From contig CAWHOE010000029.1 in the NCBI GenBank assembly GCA_963830915.1, positions 1 to 25,278 on the forward strand: 25,278 bases of DNA. Direction: 5' to 3'. A model generated the notes under the pieces. That model saw only the letters and a program-made list of their open reading frames with translations. It searched no databases and had not been told where the DNA came from. Positions 1-10,415 of the stretch are shown here, piece by piece. This DNA comes from a candidate division FCPU426 bacterium. GTDB taxonomy: Bacteria > Oederibacteriota > Muellerivitia > Muellerivitales > Muellerivitaceae. Each line of letters begins with the position of its first letter. The first letter of the stretch is position 1. A program made the position numbers and the translations under genes.

Positions 1-2
1 GG

Positions 3-2528
3 AAGGCTCCCCGTCACCTGAAATTGGACCAATGGATGGACGCCCCCATGCCGGGAACGCTCCACTTTCCCCTTCAAAAGCTGGGAAAGATCCCCGACCC
101 GCATGATGACCGCAACGAATTGGATGTCCAATGGGTGGACGAGCAGGATTGGGAGATCCAACGGACCCTTCGGGCTAGCGAAGTGGATTGCTCCAAGGTC
201 CGGCAACAATTGGTATTCGACGGGATCGACACGATAGCCGAGATATCCCTCAATGGAAAAAGGGTCGGCGCGTCCAAGAATATGTTCCGGCAGGTCGTTT
301 GTGACGTCCGTGGAGTGTTGCGGCCTGGTCCCAATGAAGTCCGGATCCTCCTGAAAAGTCCCACCGCCTACGCCTGGAAAGAAGCCAAAAAGAACGGATA
401 CCGGGTCGATACGGACAAGAGCTTCAAATGGGAAACGGGCGAGACAAGGGAAAGCCGCAGGGCCTGGATCCGCAAGGTCCAGTGCCAGTTCGGATGGGAC
501 TGGGGATTGTACCTGGCGGTCAGCGGTCTTTGGATGCCGGCCCGTCTGGAATGTTCCGACGCCCCCAGGATCGCTTCCCTCCAAACAACGCAAAAACACA
601 AGGGGCTAGTTGGCCGCCCGACCCAGGTGCATTTGACCATCCAGGTCAGACTGGAAGCCCAGGTTCCCGCGCGAGGCGTCCTGCAGATAAGCTGCGGCGG
701 CAAGACCGTCCAGATACCCGCAGGCCTAAAGACGGGGGAAAACCGTCTGACCGCGGTCCTATCCCTCGACCGACCCAAACTCTGGTGGCCGTCGGGCGAG
801 GGAGACCAACCTCTTTATGATCTCAAGGCGGTTTGGAAGGATGGGTTCGGCGACTCGGTCGAAATGACCAAGCGCTTGGGACTCAGGACCGTGGAACTGG
901 TCACGAAGAGGGACTGCTCGAAAGACGGGGTCCGGGGAGAATCCTTCCTTTTCAAGGTCAACAACCGCCCGGTCTTCATGAAAGGCGCCAATTGGATCCC
1001 GTCCGACCATTATGTGGAGCGTTGCACCCCAGGTCTCTACCGCCATCTATTGGGTTCAGCTGTCCAATCCCATATGAATATGCTGAGGGTCTGGGGAGGG
1101 GGTTGGTATGAGTTGGACTCCTTTTATGATATTTGTGACGAATTGGGCATCCTGGTTTGGCAGGAATTCATGATGGGTTGCGCGGTCTATCCGGACACCC
1201 CGGAGTTCCTCCGTGAATTGACCGAGGAAGTCCGATATCAAGTCAGGCGTTTGAGCGACCATCCCTGTATTGCCCTTTGGTGCGGCGATAACGAGAACCT
1301 GACCGGCCTGACCCATTGGTGGGAAAAGCTCCCCGAAGGGAAGAGTTACCCCGGCATTTACCGCAAGGTCATGGAGTCGGTCAAGACGGCCTGTGAGAAA
1401 GAGGATCGAGGACACCGCTATTGGCCTTCCAGTCCCTCGAATGGGAATTTGGATGGAAGGGACCCGGATGATCCCAACCGAGGGGATGTGCATTACTGGA
1501 AAGTTTGGCATTGGGACCGGGATTTCAACGACTATCTGACGGTCAAACCCCGGTTCGCGTCAGAGTTCGGATTCCAATCCTTCCCCGAGCCCCGCACCCT
1601 CGACGCGGTCGTTCCGCCCGATCAACGCAATCCCTCCAGCTGGGTCATGGAACATCACCAGAGATCCCCCAAGGGGAACATCCGGGTCACCACGGCTTTG
1701 ACGAGGGAAATGCTGGTCCCCAAGGATTTCAATTCTTTCTGCTGGGCAACCCAGATCAACCATGCCGCCGCGATGCGCGTCGCCGTGGAACATTGGCGCA
1801 GGATCAAACCTTGGTGCATGGGGACCCTTTACTGGCAACTGAACGATATCTGGCCTGTCGCTTCCTGGAGTTCCTTGGATTTCCACGGGCGCTGGAAGGT
1901 CCTCCAACATGAGGCGGCTCGATTCTTCGATCCTCTCCTGGCCTCTTTCGCCCTTCAGGACGGCAGCCTACGGTTGTGGGTGACCAGCGATATTCCCAAA
2001 ACCTTGGACCTGAGCGGAACACTGGAGATAAGGACCTGGGGAGGAAAGCTGATCGGGCGGAATCCCCTGAAGGTCAGGCTGAAGGCGGGTGAAAGCAAAC
2101 AGGTGGCCTCTTGGACCGTCGGGGGGTTACTGAAGGGAAAATACCACCCTCGTGAGGCGGTTTGTTTCGCGCGACTGAAAGGGAATGGTCGCCATGCCCA
2201 AAATTACACGGCGTTGGTACCTTGGAAATGGGCGGCTTTGGAACAACCTAAAGTGAGGACCTTTTTGCGAAAGGGGCCCGGAAGTTTGGAACTGGTGGTG
2301 AAGAGTGGCAACGTCGTCCCTTTTTTCCACGCCGAGCTAAAGGGCCAGGAAGGTCATTTCCAGGGGGATTGGTCGATCCTAAGGCCAGGCGAGACCAACG
2401 TCCTACCCTGGGTTCCGCACTCGACCTTGGGAGCCGGACCCTTGACCCTCGCTCAAGCCCGCTCGCGATTGAAGACCTTCAGTTTTTATGATCTTTTTCA
2501 CAAAATTCCCTCAGGTCGAAAGGTATAA
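3..2528 (+). CDS. Beta-mannosidase, glycoside hydrolase family 2 (5'-truncated by window edge)
   Basis: Frame is open from position 3. GH2 beta-mannosidase motifs: IRKxQCQFGWDWG, KGANWIP, NMLRVWGGG, WCGDNE (acid/base Glu), GDVHYW, SEFGFQS (nucleophile), YWQLNDIWPVASWS. Confidence 0.92.
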   Translation, partial: KAPRHLKLDQWMDAPMPGTLHFPLQKLGKIPDPHDDRNELDVQWVDEQDWEIQRTLRASEVDCSKVRQQLVFDGIDTIAEISLNGKRVGASKNMFRQVVCDVRGVLRPGPNEVRILLKSPTAYAWKEAKKNGYRVDTDKSFKWETGETRESRRAWIRKVQCQFGWDWGLYLAVSGLWMPARLECSDAPRIASLQTTQKHKGLVGRPTQVHLTIQVRLEAQVPARGVLQISCGGKTVQIPAGLKTGENRLTAVLSLDRPKLWWPSGEGDQPLYDLKAVWKDGFGDSVEMTKRLGLRTVELVTKRDCSKDGVRGESFLFKVNNRPVFMKGANWIPSDHYVERCTPGLYRHLLGSAVQSHMNMLRVWGGGWYELDSFYDICDELGILVWQEFMMGCAVYPDTPEFLRELTEEVRYQVRRLSDHPCIALWCGDNENLTGLTHWWEKLPEGKSYPGIYRKVMESVKTACEKEDRGHRYWPSSPSNGNLDGRDPDDPNRGDVHYWKVWHWDRDFNDYLTVKPRFASEFGFQSFPEPRTLDAVVPPDQRNPSSWVMEHHQRSPKGNIRVTTALTREMLVPKDFNSFCWATQINHAAAMRVAVEHWRRIKPWCMGTLYWQLNDIWPVASWSSLDFHGRWKVLQHEAARFFDPLLASFALQDGSLRLWVTSDIPKTLDLSGTLEIRTWGGKLIGRNPLKVRLKAGESKQVASWTVGGLLKGKYHPREAVCFARLKGNGRHAQNYTALVPWKWAALEQPKVRTFLRKGPGSLELVVKSGNVVPFFHAELKGQEGHFQGDWSILRPGETNVLPWVPHSTLGAGPLTLAQARSRLKTFSFYDLFHKIPSGRKV

Positions 2529-2531
2529 AAA

Positions 2532-4923
2532 ATGAGCGCCATCGAGCATTTCCTGCAAGCCGTCGAATTCCCCAAACTCTTGGACCAGTTATCCAAGGAT
2601 TGCCAAACGCTGGCCGGCCGGGAGTTCTTGCGGGCCTTAAGGCCTTTGAAGGAGACGGTGGAGATCGAGGAAAGGTTGGCCAAGACCCGGGAGTTGGAAA
2701 AATACATGACCAAAAGGTCCGACCTGACCATCCCGGACAATCAGTCGTTCATTGAGCCCTTCGGCTCAGCCAAGGACACGGGCGGGGTTTTCTCCGGCCG
2801 GGAATTAGCGGCGCTCCTGAAATTCATCCGGGAAGTGGTGAAGATTCGGCAATATCTGAGCCAGGAACCGGAACTTCCGGTCGTTTTCCAGGGCTGGATG
2901 GCCCGTCTTTCACGCCTTGCCAGAGTTGGCGGAAACACTCGCGTCCCGCCTATCGGAAAGGGGCGAGATCCAGGATAGCGCTTCGGCCGAACTCAAGCAG
3001 GTTCGAAGCCGCATGCGGTCCCTCAAGGAGGAAGTCCAGAATTTCTATCAAGGATTCCTGCAACAAAGCGAAACGGCCGAGCTCCTTCAGGAAAAGATCG
3101 TGACCGAAAGGGAAGGGCGGATGGTGGTGCCCGTCAAGCGAGAGCGTCAAGGTCAAGTCCCGGGTTTCGTTCACGGGATGTCCTCCTCCGGCTCCACCCT
3201 TTTCATCGAGCCCAAGGAAGTAGTAGAGAACAATAACCGGTTGAAGGAGGAGCTGTTAAAGGAAGACGAGGAGATCCGAAAGATCCTGAGGGAACTCACC
3301 CAGAAGGTCCTGGGAGAGGCCAAGCCCATCGAGGAAACCATTATCGCCTGCGCCGAGATCGATGCCCACCGCGCCCTCGCCCGATTTTCGACCCGATACG
3401 ACGGGACTTTCATTTGTCCCGGCCCGGAGCCACGATTAGCCTTATCGGGAGCCCGCCATCCCCTGCTCGCCCTGGAAGCGGGCCATAAATTTAGGGAGCG
3501 GATCGTTCCTTTGGACCTGGAATTCCAGCCTGGGATACAGGTCATCCTGACCTCCGGACCCAACGCGGGAGGGAAGACCGTATCCCTGAAGACCCTGGGG
3601 CTCACCTGCGTGATGGCCCAAGCCGGCTTACCCCTCTTGGCGAGAGCCGAGACCGCCATTCCTTCCTTCGCTCACTTTGATTCGGACCTGTTGGATGGAC
3701 AGAGCTTGAAAGATCACTTGAGTTCCTATGCGGCGAAGCTCAAGGCTTTGAAACGAATGATGGACCATACGGGCGGATCCTGCTTGTTCCTGTTGGACGA
3801 GCTGGGGGCCGGCACGGATCCCTTGGAGGGCGGGGCCTTGGGCCTGGCCTGTCTGGAAACCTTCCGCGAAAGGGGGGCTTTCGTGATGGCCAACACCCAT
3901 CAACCCCTGTTGAAACTTTTGACCCAGGAAGAAAAGGGGATGGCCAACGCGGCCATGCTGTTCGACGAGGCGACCGGGCAAGCCACCTTCCGGATGGCGG
4001 TGGGATTGCCGGGTCGATCCTTCGCCTTCACCCTAGCTCGCCAGATGGGATTCGACCCGGCCATCCTGGAGAGGGCCAAGAGCCACCTCCCCGCGGGTGA
4101 GGCGGACCTTTCGGATGTGCTTTCCAAGCTGGGAGCGGAAAGACTGGCGGTCGAGAAGGCCCGGGTGGACGCGCAGAAGACCCGGGATTCTGTGAAAAAA
4201 TTGGAAGCCGAACTGTTGGTCGCTCGGCGTCAGATCAAAGACGAGGCCAAACGGATCAAGAAAGAAGCCCAGATCGAGGCGGAGGGTCTACTGAAGAACA
4301 CCCGCCGGAAAATGGAACACCTGATCCAAGGAGTGGAAAAACCCAAGGGCGTGGAAGTGAACAAGGACCGGATCAAGACCGCCCGCCAGGAAGTGAACCA
4401 AAAGATCAGGAACATCAAGCCCGCGCCCGAAAGATTGGTCTCCGAGGTCCGGGAGCTCAAGGAAGGCGACACGGTCTTCTTCAAGTCGGGGAACATGGAT
4501 GTAAAGGTCCTTTCCGCCGATGATGAGAAAAGCGAAGCGAGCATCCTGATGCCCAATGGTTTGAAGATGTCCTGTAAATACACCGACCTGGGGAAAAGAT
4601 CCAAAGCTCCGGTCGTTCCCCCGTCCCGACCCATATTCAAAGCGGGAGGCCAGGCCCTAGGAAGCCGGGACAGTATGGGTAAATTGGAGCTGGATTTACG
4701 GGGAAAAATGGTGGATCAGGCGTTGGTATTGCTGGATAAATATCTTGATGAGGCCCTCTTGGTGGATCTGCCCTTCGTTCGTATCATTCACGGCAAGGGG
4801 ACGGGCGCTCTGAAGGAAGCCATCCACAAACACCTGCCGAAAAGCCATCCGACTGTGGAGTTTTCCCTGGCCGAACAATCCCAGGGCGGGGCGGGCGTGA
4901 CGGTCATCAAATTCAAGAAATGA
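2532..4923 (+). CDS. mutS2: MutS2 family endonuclease/ATPase with C-terminal Smr domain, interrupted by a +1 frameshift near 2908-2910
   Basis: ORF 2532-2978 carries the N-terminus (LQAVEFPKLLDQL) and ORF 2917-4923 carries GEIQDSASAEL, SSSGSTLFIEP, Walker A SGPNAGGKT, DELGAGTDP and Smr (LDLRG...IIHGKGTGAL). Removing one T from CTTT at 2907-2910 joins them into 796 aa. Confidence 0.92.
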
Positions 4924-5006
4924 GCCTTTCATCGAGCGATCATCGATGTTTTCGTTAAGCCCAGGATGGGGTCGGTTACAAGGTTAGAAGCACAGGGGTT
5001 TTCTTT

Positions 5007-6794
5007 TTGAAATATTCGGATGAGATCATTCAAAGGGTTAAGGACGCTACCGATATCGTTTCGGTCATAGGTGAACATGTACCCTTAAAAAAAGCCGGGT
5101 CCAGTTACAAAGGTCTCTGTCCTTTTCATAGCGAGAAATCCCCAAGTTTCATGGTTTCTCCTTCCCGGAACAGCTTCCATTGTTTTGGATGCGGCAAAGG
5201 CGGCAACGTCATCACCTTCGTCATGGAGGTGGAGAAACTGACCTTCCCCGAGGCCCTGCGTCTGCTCGCCGAAAAGTCGGGGATTGTCCTGCCCCATCCC
5301 GAGTCCAGGGAGGGGGACCAGGAACAGGAACGACAAAGAGACCGTTTATTCGAGTTGAACGAGTTCGCCGGCAAGTTCTTCCATGAAAGACTCTTGTCGG
5401 CCGAGGGACAGGCCGCTCGGGAATACTTCAAGGCGCGCGGGTTCACCAAGGAGGACGCCCTCAAGTTCCAGGTGGGTTTCGCCCCGGCTGGCTGGGATGC
5501 CCTTAAAAACGCCAGTCAAAAGGCTGGTTTTAAACAGGAAGAAATGGTCTTGGCGGGTCTGATCGTTCATAACGAGGAAAAAAACAGTTTTTATGATAAA
5601 TTTAGGAATAGGCTTATCTTTCCCGTCAAGAATAATTATGATAAAATCATCGGCTTTGGCGGTCGAACCTTAAGCGACGAGTCGGGTCCGAAATACCTCA
5701 ACTCGCCGGAAACACTCCTTTTCAAAAAAGGCGAAAATCTTTATCTGCTGGAGGCGGCCAGGGAAGCCGTCCGGCAAAAGGGATTCGTGGTGGTTGTGGA
5801 GGGCTATTTCGACGCCCTCGCGCTTCATCATCACGGGTTTGAGAATACTGTTGCCACTTTGGGAACGGCTATGACGTCCCAACATGGAAGGATCCTCAAA
5901 CGGTACACCCAGGAAGTCGTCTTTTCTTATGACGCGGACGCGGCGGGACAGGCTGCCGTGTTAAGGGGTTTTGAACCGCTCTTTCAGGCGGGGTTGAACG
6001 TGAGGGTACTGGTCATGCCGGAGGGGAAAGACCCGGACGAGTATCTTCAGAAACACCCGGCTGGCGAGATGACTGCCTTGATGGAAAAGGCGCCGGATTT
6101 TTTCCGGTGGTGGGCGGCGGCCTTGAAGAAAAAGACGCAAGGGGCCCCGGTCGAGGAACGTTTGAGGGCCCTACAGGAATTCGTGCCGGTCCTTTTGCAG
6201 ATGCCGTCTGAGACATCGGTACAGGCGGCTTGCGCGGCCATTGAGTCAGAGTTGGGGTTGGACAACCGGGACATGTTGACCATCGTAAACACCGAGCGCA
6301 AGAAAGGTGGGAAACGCCTTCCTGCCCAAGGGATCACGGAAGAGAAGGTTCAGGGGACCAAAAAGGACACTGGAACCGCCGATGGGCTCCAGATGGAAGC
6401 CGATTTTTTGGCGCTGTTGACCGAGGAGAACGGGGATTTCATCCCCTGGGCCAAGGACGAACTGATGCCCGAGGTTTTCGAGAACGAAAACTTCAGGCGT
6501 CTGTTCGAACAGGTTTGTTCCGGCGAGACGCCCGTGGGCGATCTCAACCGGGTGCCCGAACTGGAGGCCTCTTTTTTAAGGATCGAGGCGCGGATCGAGA
6601 AGCGGATGAGAGAGGCCATGCTCTTTGACCTGGCCGCGGCGCTGAAAAAGCGCTGTTTGAAACAGCGAATGGCGGAACTGAAGTCCCGGCAGTCAGACGC
6701 GGAAAAAGCCGGGGAAATGGAAAGGGCCTTGGAACTGGCCCAAGAGATGATCATGCTCAAAAGGCAATACTCACAAGAGGTGGAACCTAAATGA
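5007..6794 (+). CDS. dnaG: DNA primase
   Basis: TTG start. Zn finger [11 protein letters not shown]...[31 protein letters not shown] motifs VEGYFD, YDADAAG, KDPDE. Overlaps rpoD by ATGA. Confidence 0.97.
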   Translation: MKYSDEIIQRVKDATDIVSVIGEHVPLKKAGSSYKGLCPFHSEKSPSFMVSPSRNSFHCFGCGKGGNVITFVMEVEKLTFPEALRLLAEKSGIVLPHPESREGDQEQERQRDRLFELNEFAGKFFHERLLSAEGQAAREYFKARGFTKEDALKFQVGFAPAGWDALKNASQKAGFKQEEMVLAGLIVHNEEKNSFYDKFRNRLIFPVKNNYDKIIGFGGRTLSDESGPKYLNSPETLLFKKGENLYLLEAAREAVRQKGFVVVVEGYFDALALHHHGFENTVATLGTAMTSQHGRILKRYTQEVVFSYDADAAGQAAVLRGFEPLFQAGLNVRVLVMPEGKDPDEYLQKHPAGEMTALMEKAPDFFRWWAAALKKKTQGAPVEERLRALQEFVPVLLQMPSETSVQAACAAIESELGLDNRDMLTIVNTERKKGGKRLPAQGITEEKVQGTKKDTGTADGLQMEADFLALLTEENGDFIPWAKDELMPEVFENENFRRLFEQVCSGETPVGDLNRVPELEASFLRIEARIEKRMREAMLFDLAAALKKRCLKQRMAELKSRQSDAEKAGEMERALELAQEMIMLKRQYSQEVEPK

Positions 6795-8599
6795 AGCCAG
6801 CGGCCAAATCGAAATCCGATCATGTCAATAAGATCCTCGAAGTCGGCAAGGAAAAAGGATACATCACCTATAAACAGGTGAACGATATCCTGCCGGACGA
6901 GGTGGTTTCCTCGGAGGAGATCGACGATATCCTGTTGATGCTCGGCGAGAATGACATCAAGATAGTGGACCAGGAAGAAAAGGCCGCGGCCATTCCCGAT
7001 GACGAGAAGGAAGTCGGCGCGGGGGCTCCCGGGGCTATCGTTAAGGACGAGGACGAGGACGACGGCGAGGAATTCGAGAAGGCATTCGAGACCGCTGGCG
7101 TGGAAACCCGCATGGGCGACCCTGTCAAGATGTACCTTCATGAGATGGGCCGTATCCCGCTGCTCACCCGTGAGGAAGAGATCTCCATCGCCAAGCGCAT
7201 CGAGGCTGGCGAATTCAAAGTGGAAAAGGCTGTCTTGGGCTCGGCCCTGGGTTTCCAGGAATTGCACGGTTTGTTCATTTCCATCATCAAGAAAAAGAAA
7301 ACCCTCCAGGAAACCATCGATCTGGACCCTTACGCCGACCTGCCAGGAGGGGTGCCCGAAAAACAGATCCTGACCAAGATCCGGAAGAACCATTCCAAAC
7401 TAAAGGTCATGGAACGACATATCAAGGCTCTCCAGCACAAGGTGGCCCTACGTTCCGTACCGGCCGATAAGCGAAAAGTCCTGGCCGAACAACTGGACGT
7501 CAAGCTTATCGACCTGATCTGGCTGGTGAAGGATTGCCAGTTCCAGAAAAAAGTGAAGGAGCGTCTTATTGGTCGCCTCCGGGACCATGGGGAAGCCATC
7601 GAGGAACAAGAATACGTGCAGCATACCCAGGAGAAAGTGATGAAGCTTCCTCCCGAGTCCTATATCAAGCTTCCCAGCTTATTGAAGCACGGGGCCCACG
7701 TGGACCTGAAACCCCTGGAAAAGAAAAGCAACGTCAAGGGTGAGGATTTCGCCAAGGCCTGTCGTCTTTGGGATGAGGCCCGTCGGGGGATCAAGAAACT
7801 CGAAAAAGAAGCCATGACCACCCGAGAACACATCAAGGTTATGATGCGAAGCATCCGGGTCGGTGAAAGGGAAGCCTACCAAGCTCGAATGGAATTGGTG
7901 GAAGCCAACCTTCGATTGGTCATCTCCATCGCCAAGAAATACACCAACCGCGGATTGCCTTTCCTTGACCTGATCCAGGAAGGGAACATCGGGCTGATGC
8001 GCGCGGTCGAGAAGTTCGAGTATCGACGGGGTTACAAGTTCTCCACCTACGCCACCTGGTGGATCCGCCAGGCCATCACCCGGGCCATCGCGGACCAGGC
8101 CCGGACCATCCGTATCCCGGTGCATATGATCGAGACCATCAACAAGTCCATCAAGGTTTCCCGCGACCTGGTGCAGGAACTCGGCCGAGAACCCATGGCC
8201 GATGAGATAGCCGAGCGTCTTGAAATGCCGGTGGAAAAGGTCCGGGCCATTCTGAAGATCGCCCAGGAACCCATCTCGCTGGAAACGCCGATCGGCGAGG
8301 AAAAGGACAGCCATTTAGGGGATTTCATCGAGGACAAAGATGTTATTTCCCCTGCCAACGCCGCGGCTTTCGTGCTTCTCCAGGAGCAGATCTCCAAGGT
8401 CCTGGGAACCCTGAAAGACAGGGAAGCGGAAGTCCTTCGCTTGCGTTTCGGTTTGAACGATGGATACCCCCATACTTTGGAAGAGGTCGGTAATACCTTC
8501 AAAGTGACCCGGGAACGTGTCCGTCAGATCGAGGCCAAGGCCCTTCGAAAACTCCGACATCCCTCGAGGAGCCGGAAACTGAAAGGCTATTTGGACTAA
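6791..8599 (+). CDS. rpoD: RNA polymerase primary sigma factor sigma-70
   Basis: Region 1.1 (GKEKGYITY), 1.2 ([11 protein letters not shown]), large non-conserved region, region 2 ([37 protein letters not shown]) and region 4 (TLEEVG...TRERVRQIE). Follows dnaG. Confidence 0.98.
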   Translation: MKPAAKSKSDHVNKILEVGKEKGYITYKQVNDILPDEVVSSEEIDDILLMLGENDIKIVDQEEKAAAIPDDEKEVGAGAPGAIVKDEDEDDGEEFEKAFETAGVETRMGDPVKMYLHEMGRIPLLTREEEISIAKRIEAGEFKVEKAVLGSALGFQELHGLFISIIKKKKTLQETIDLDPYADLPGGVPEKQILTKIRKNHSKLKVMERHIKALQHKVALRSVPADKRKVLAEQLDVKLIDLIWLVKDCQFQKKVKERLIGRLRDHGEAIEEQEYVQHTQEKVMKLPPESYIKLPSLLKHGAHVDLKPLEKKSNVKGEDFAKACRLWDEARRGIKKLEKEAMTTREHIKVMMRSIRVGEREAYQARMELVEANLRLVISIAKKYTNRGLPFLDLIQEGNIGLMRAVEKFEYRRGYKFSTYATWWIRQAITRAIADQARTIRIPVHMIETINKSIKVSRDLVQELGREPMADEIAERLEMPVEKVRAILKIAQEPISLETPIGEEKDSHLGDFIEDKDVISPANAAAFVLLQEQISKVLGTLKDREAEVLRLRFGLNDGYPHTLEEVGNTFKVTRERVRQIEAKALRKLRHPSRSRKLKGYLD

Positions 8600-8623
8600 A
8601 GCCGAGTTTCTTGGTAAGTATCG

Positions 8624-8658
8624 AAAGAGGGACGCGATCGACGCGCCCCTCTTTTTTT
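8624..8658 (+). terminator. Rho-independent terminator after rpoD
   Basis: AAAGAGGG-A-CGCG / ATCGA loop / CGCG-C-CCCTCTTT hairpin followed by a T run. Confidence 0.8.
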
Positions 8659-8717
8659 GTAGTGAGGAAAAGACAGCATTGGCTGATATTTTTTATATTT
8701 TGTGAAGTTTCGTATTC

Positions 8718-8723
8718 TATAAT
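8718..8723 (+). promoter_or_regulatory. Candidate -10 box for the tRNA promoter
   Basis: Perfect TATAAT about 20 nt upstream of the tRNA in an AT-rich spacer. No convincing -35 at 17-nt spacing. Confidence 0.4.
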
Positions 8724-8742
8724 TTAAAACCCGATGTCAGAT

Positions 8743-8818
8743 GGGGCATTAGCTCAGCGGTTAGAGCAGGGCACTCATAATGCCTTGGTCCCTGGTTCAA
8801 ATCCAGGATGCCCCACCA
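8743..8818 (+). tRNA. tRNA with CAT anticodon, most likely tRNA-Ile2 (lysidine); elongator Met not excluded
   Basis: 76-nt cloverleaf: acceptor GGGGCAT/ATGCCCC, D-arm AGCTCAGCGGTTAGAGC, anticodon loop CTCATAA, T-loop TTCAAAT, encoded CCA. Paired G1-C72 rules out initiator. Resembles E. coli ileX, which also lies just after rpoD. Confidence 0.95.
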
Positions 8819-8933
8819 CTTTTTAGAAATTCCTCCGCCCGGTTTTTTTCATCCCAACCAAAAAAATAAATATATTTTTTCAAAAAGTCGGGTGATAATC
8901 ATGGCGTCGCCAACTTGATGATGAGGCTGAAGA

Positions 8934-9749
8934 ATGACGGAAATGCTGGACGATTCTAAATACTCCAAGGGAACGGGAATATTCTCGGTCTATGATAATG
9001 TCTCCTTCCCGGCCAACGTCAAGAAACGCTGTCTGGCCTTGCTTGATTTCGGAACTGAAACCCTTTTGGCGAACGATTTCATCATCCTGGATTTCGTTCC
9101 TTTCCCCGGAATGGGGAAGATCGGCACCAACGATGTGCTGAGATACTCCTGGATCCTTTCCGAATCTCACCGTGTCCTGATCTATGACCCCAAAACCAAG
9201 CGTTTGATCGATGAACTCTATACTTGCAGTCCGGAAAAAGATGGGCGGTTGATGTTCGAAAAGAACAATGAACTCATCGGCGATCCTGTCAAGACCATCA
9301 AGATCCATGAGATCGTCAGTAAGGAAATGGCGCTGAAGGAAGAACCGGACAAACTGTTCCATTCGGTGGCCGAAGCCTCCAAAAGACTGCGTCTGGGCCC
9401 CGACTCGAATTATTGTGTCTCGGCGGTTTTCTTCGAGATCCCAGAGCGGAAATTGGACGAGGACAGCCTGGAAGTCATGCTGACCAAGGCGCTGAACAAG
9501 GACGACCAAAAACCCGTCATCGAGTCGGCATGCCGTTACGACCCGCAAGGTTATACCTACCTGCATCAATCGCCCAAGCATTTTGCCGGCCTTCACAGCT
9601 ATCCAGGCAAGCTCAAGAGCGCCCACCTTAGCCTGATCGGCACGGGAAGCGCCATCGTTTCGGTCCTGGAAGATATGGAAAATGTCGTCTATAAGACCCG
9701 TAAGACCGAACCGACTATCAGTGTGAAGATCGTCGCGGAGAACTTTTAG
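8934..9749 (+). CDS. Putative pyruvoyl-dependent decarboxylase proenzyme made of two tandem SpeD/AdoMetDC-like domains
   Basis: GAGG RBS. N-half has ILSESH...ELYTCS (S78, C98). C-half has YDPQGYT...LHSYP. Both halves align by eye to the class 1B SpeD core PxG(V)S...SESHxxxHTWPE...DxFTCG. Confidence 0.65.
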   Translation: MTEMLDDSKYSKGTGIFSVYDNVSFPANVKKRCLALLDFGTETLLANDFIILDFVPFPGMGKIGTNDVLRYSWILSESHRVLIYDPKTKRLIDELYTCSPEKDGRLMFEKNNELIGDPVKTIKIHEIVSKEMALKEEPDKLFHSVAEASKRLRLGPDSNYCVSAVFFEIPERKLDEDSLEVMLTKALNKDDQKPVIESACRYDPQGYTYLHQSPKHFAGLHSYPGKLKSAHLSLIGTGSAIVSVLEDMENVVYKTRKTEPTISVKIVAENF

Positions 9750-9867
9750 CCCTTTTCTCCTCCTTACTACCCCTGGAAAACAGAAGAAAATTCCCTTATC
9801 AGCCAGCTCCCAACCTTCCCGGCCAAATTAACTTTTATCCCCGGTCGAACAGGGGGATAATAGGGGT

Positions 9868-10377
9868 ATGAAAATCATCTGCTCCTATTGCCGGAAGGTC
9901 ATGGGCGAGAAACCTCCCCTGGATAATCCCGCGCTGACCCATGGGATCTGCCCGGAGTGCGGGGAATACTTTGACCGTCAATGGAGCGGACTGAAACTGG
10001 CGGAGTTCCTCGATTCCTTCCAGACGCCCATGCTGGTGATCAGCAATGGGGTCAGGGTCATCGCTTACAACCAAACATACTCAAAAACCTTCCTTGGCGG
10101 GGGCGAAAGGCCCAAGGGCCTCTTGGGCGGCGAGTTTATGGAATGCAGCAACGCCAGACTGCCGGCGGGCTGCGGCAATTCGGCCTGCTGCCGGGATTGC
10201 ACCATCCGCAACACCATCACCGACACCTTGAAGACCGGCCAAACCCACGAACGCGTCCCGGCGACTCTACATACCTATGAGGGTAACCGCCCCATCAACA
10301 AGACCTTGTACATCTCGACCGCCAAGGTCGGCGAAACAGTCCAACTGACGATCGACGATCCAGACAAGCTTTTCTAA
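9868..10377 (+). CDS. Cys-rich hypothetical protein: N-terminal zinc-ribbon-like motif plus PAS-like domain
   Basis: CSYC...HGICPEC, then PAS-like FLDSFQTPMLVIS..VRVIAYN and a C-x8-CG-x3-CC-x2-CTIR cluster. GGGG RBS-like sequence upstream. Confidence 0.7.
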   Translation: MKIICSYCRKVMGEKPPLDNPALTHGICPECGEYFDRQWSGLKLAEFLDSFQTPMLVISNGVRVIAYNQTYSKTFLGGGERPKGLLGGEFMECSNARLPAGCGNSACCRDCTIRNTITDTLKTGQTHERVPATLHTYEGNRPINKTLYISTAKVGETVQLTIDDPDKLF

Positions 10378-10415
10378 AACAGGGAAGATCACTTTCGACC
10401 ATTTCGAGCGTGACC

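Noticed and set aside
6350..8560. Long minus-strand ORFs opposite dnaG/rpoD, and similar ones opposite the ADH, GH127, transketolase and lipoprotein genes
   Set aside because: Antisense shadows of GC-rich coding sequence with no recognisable motifs.
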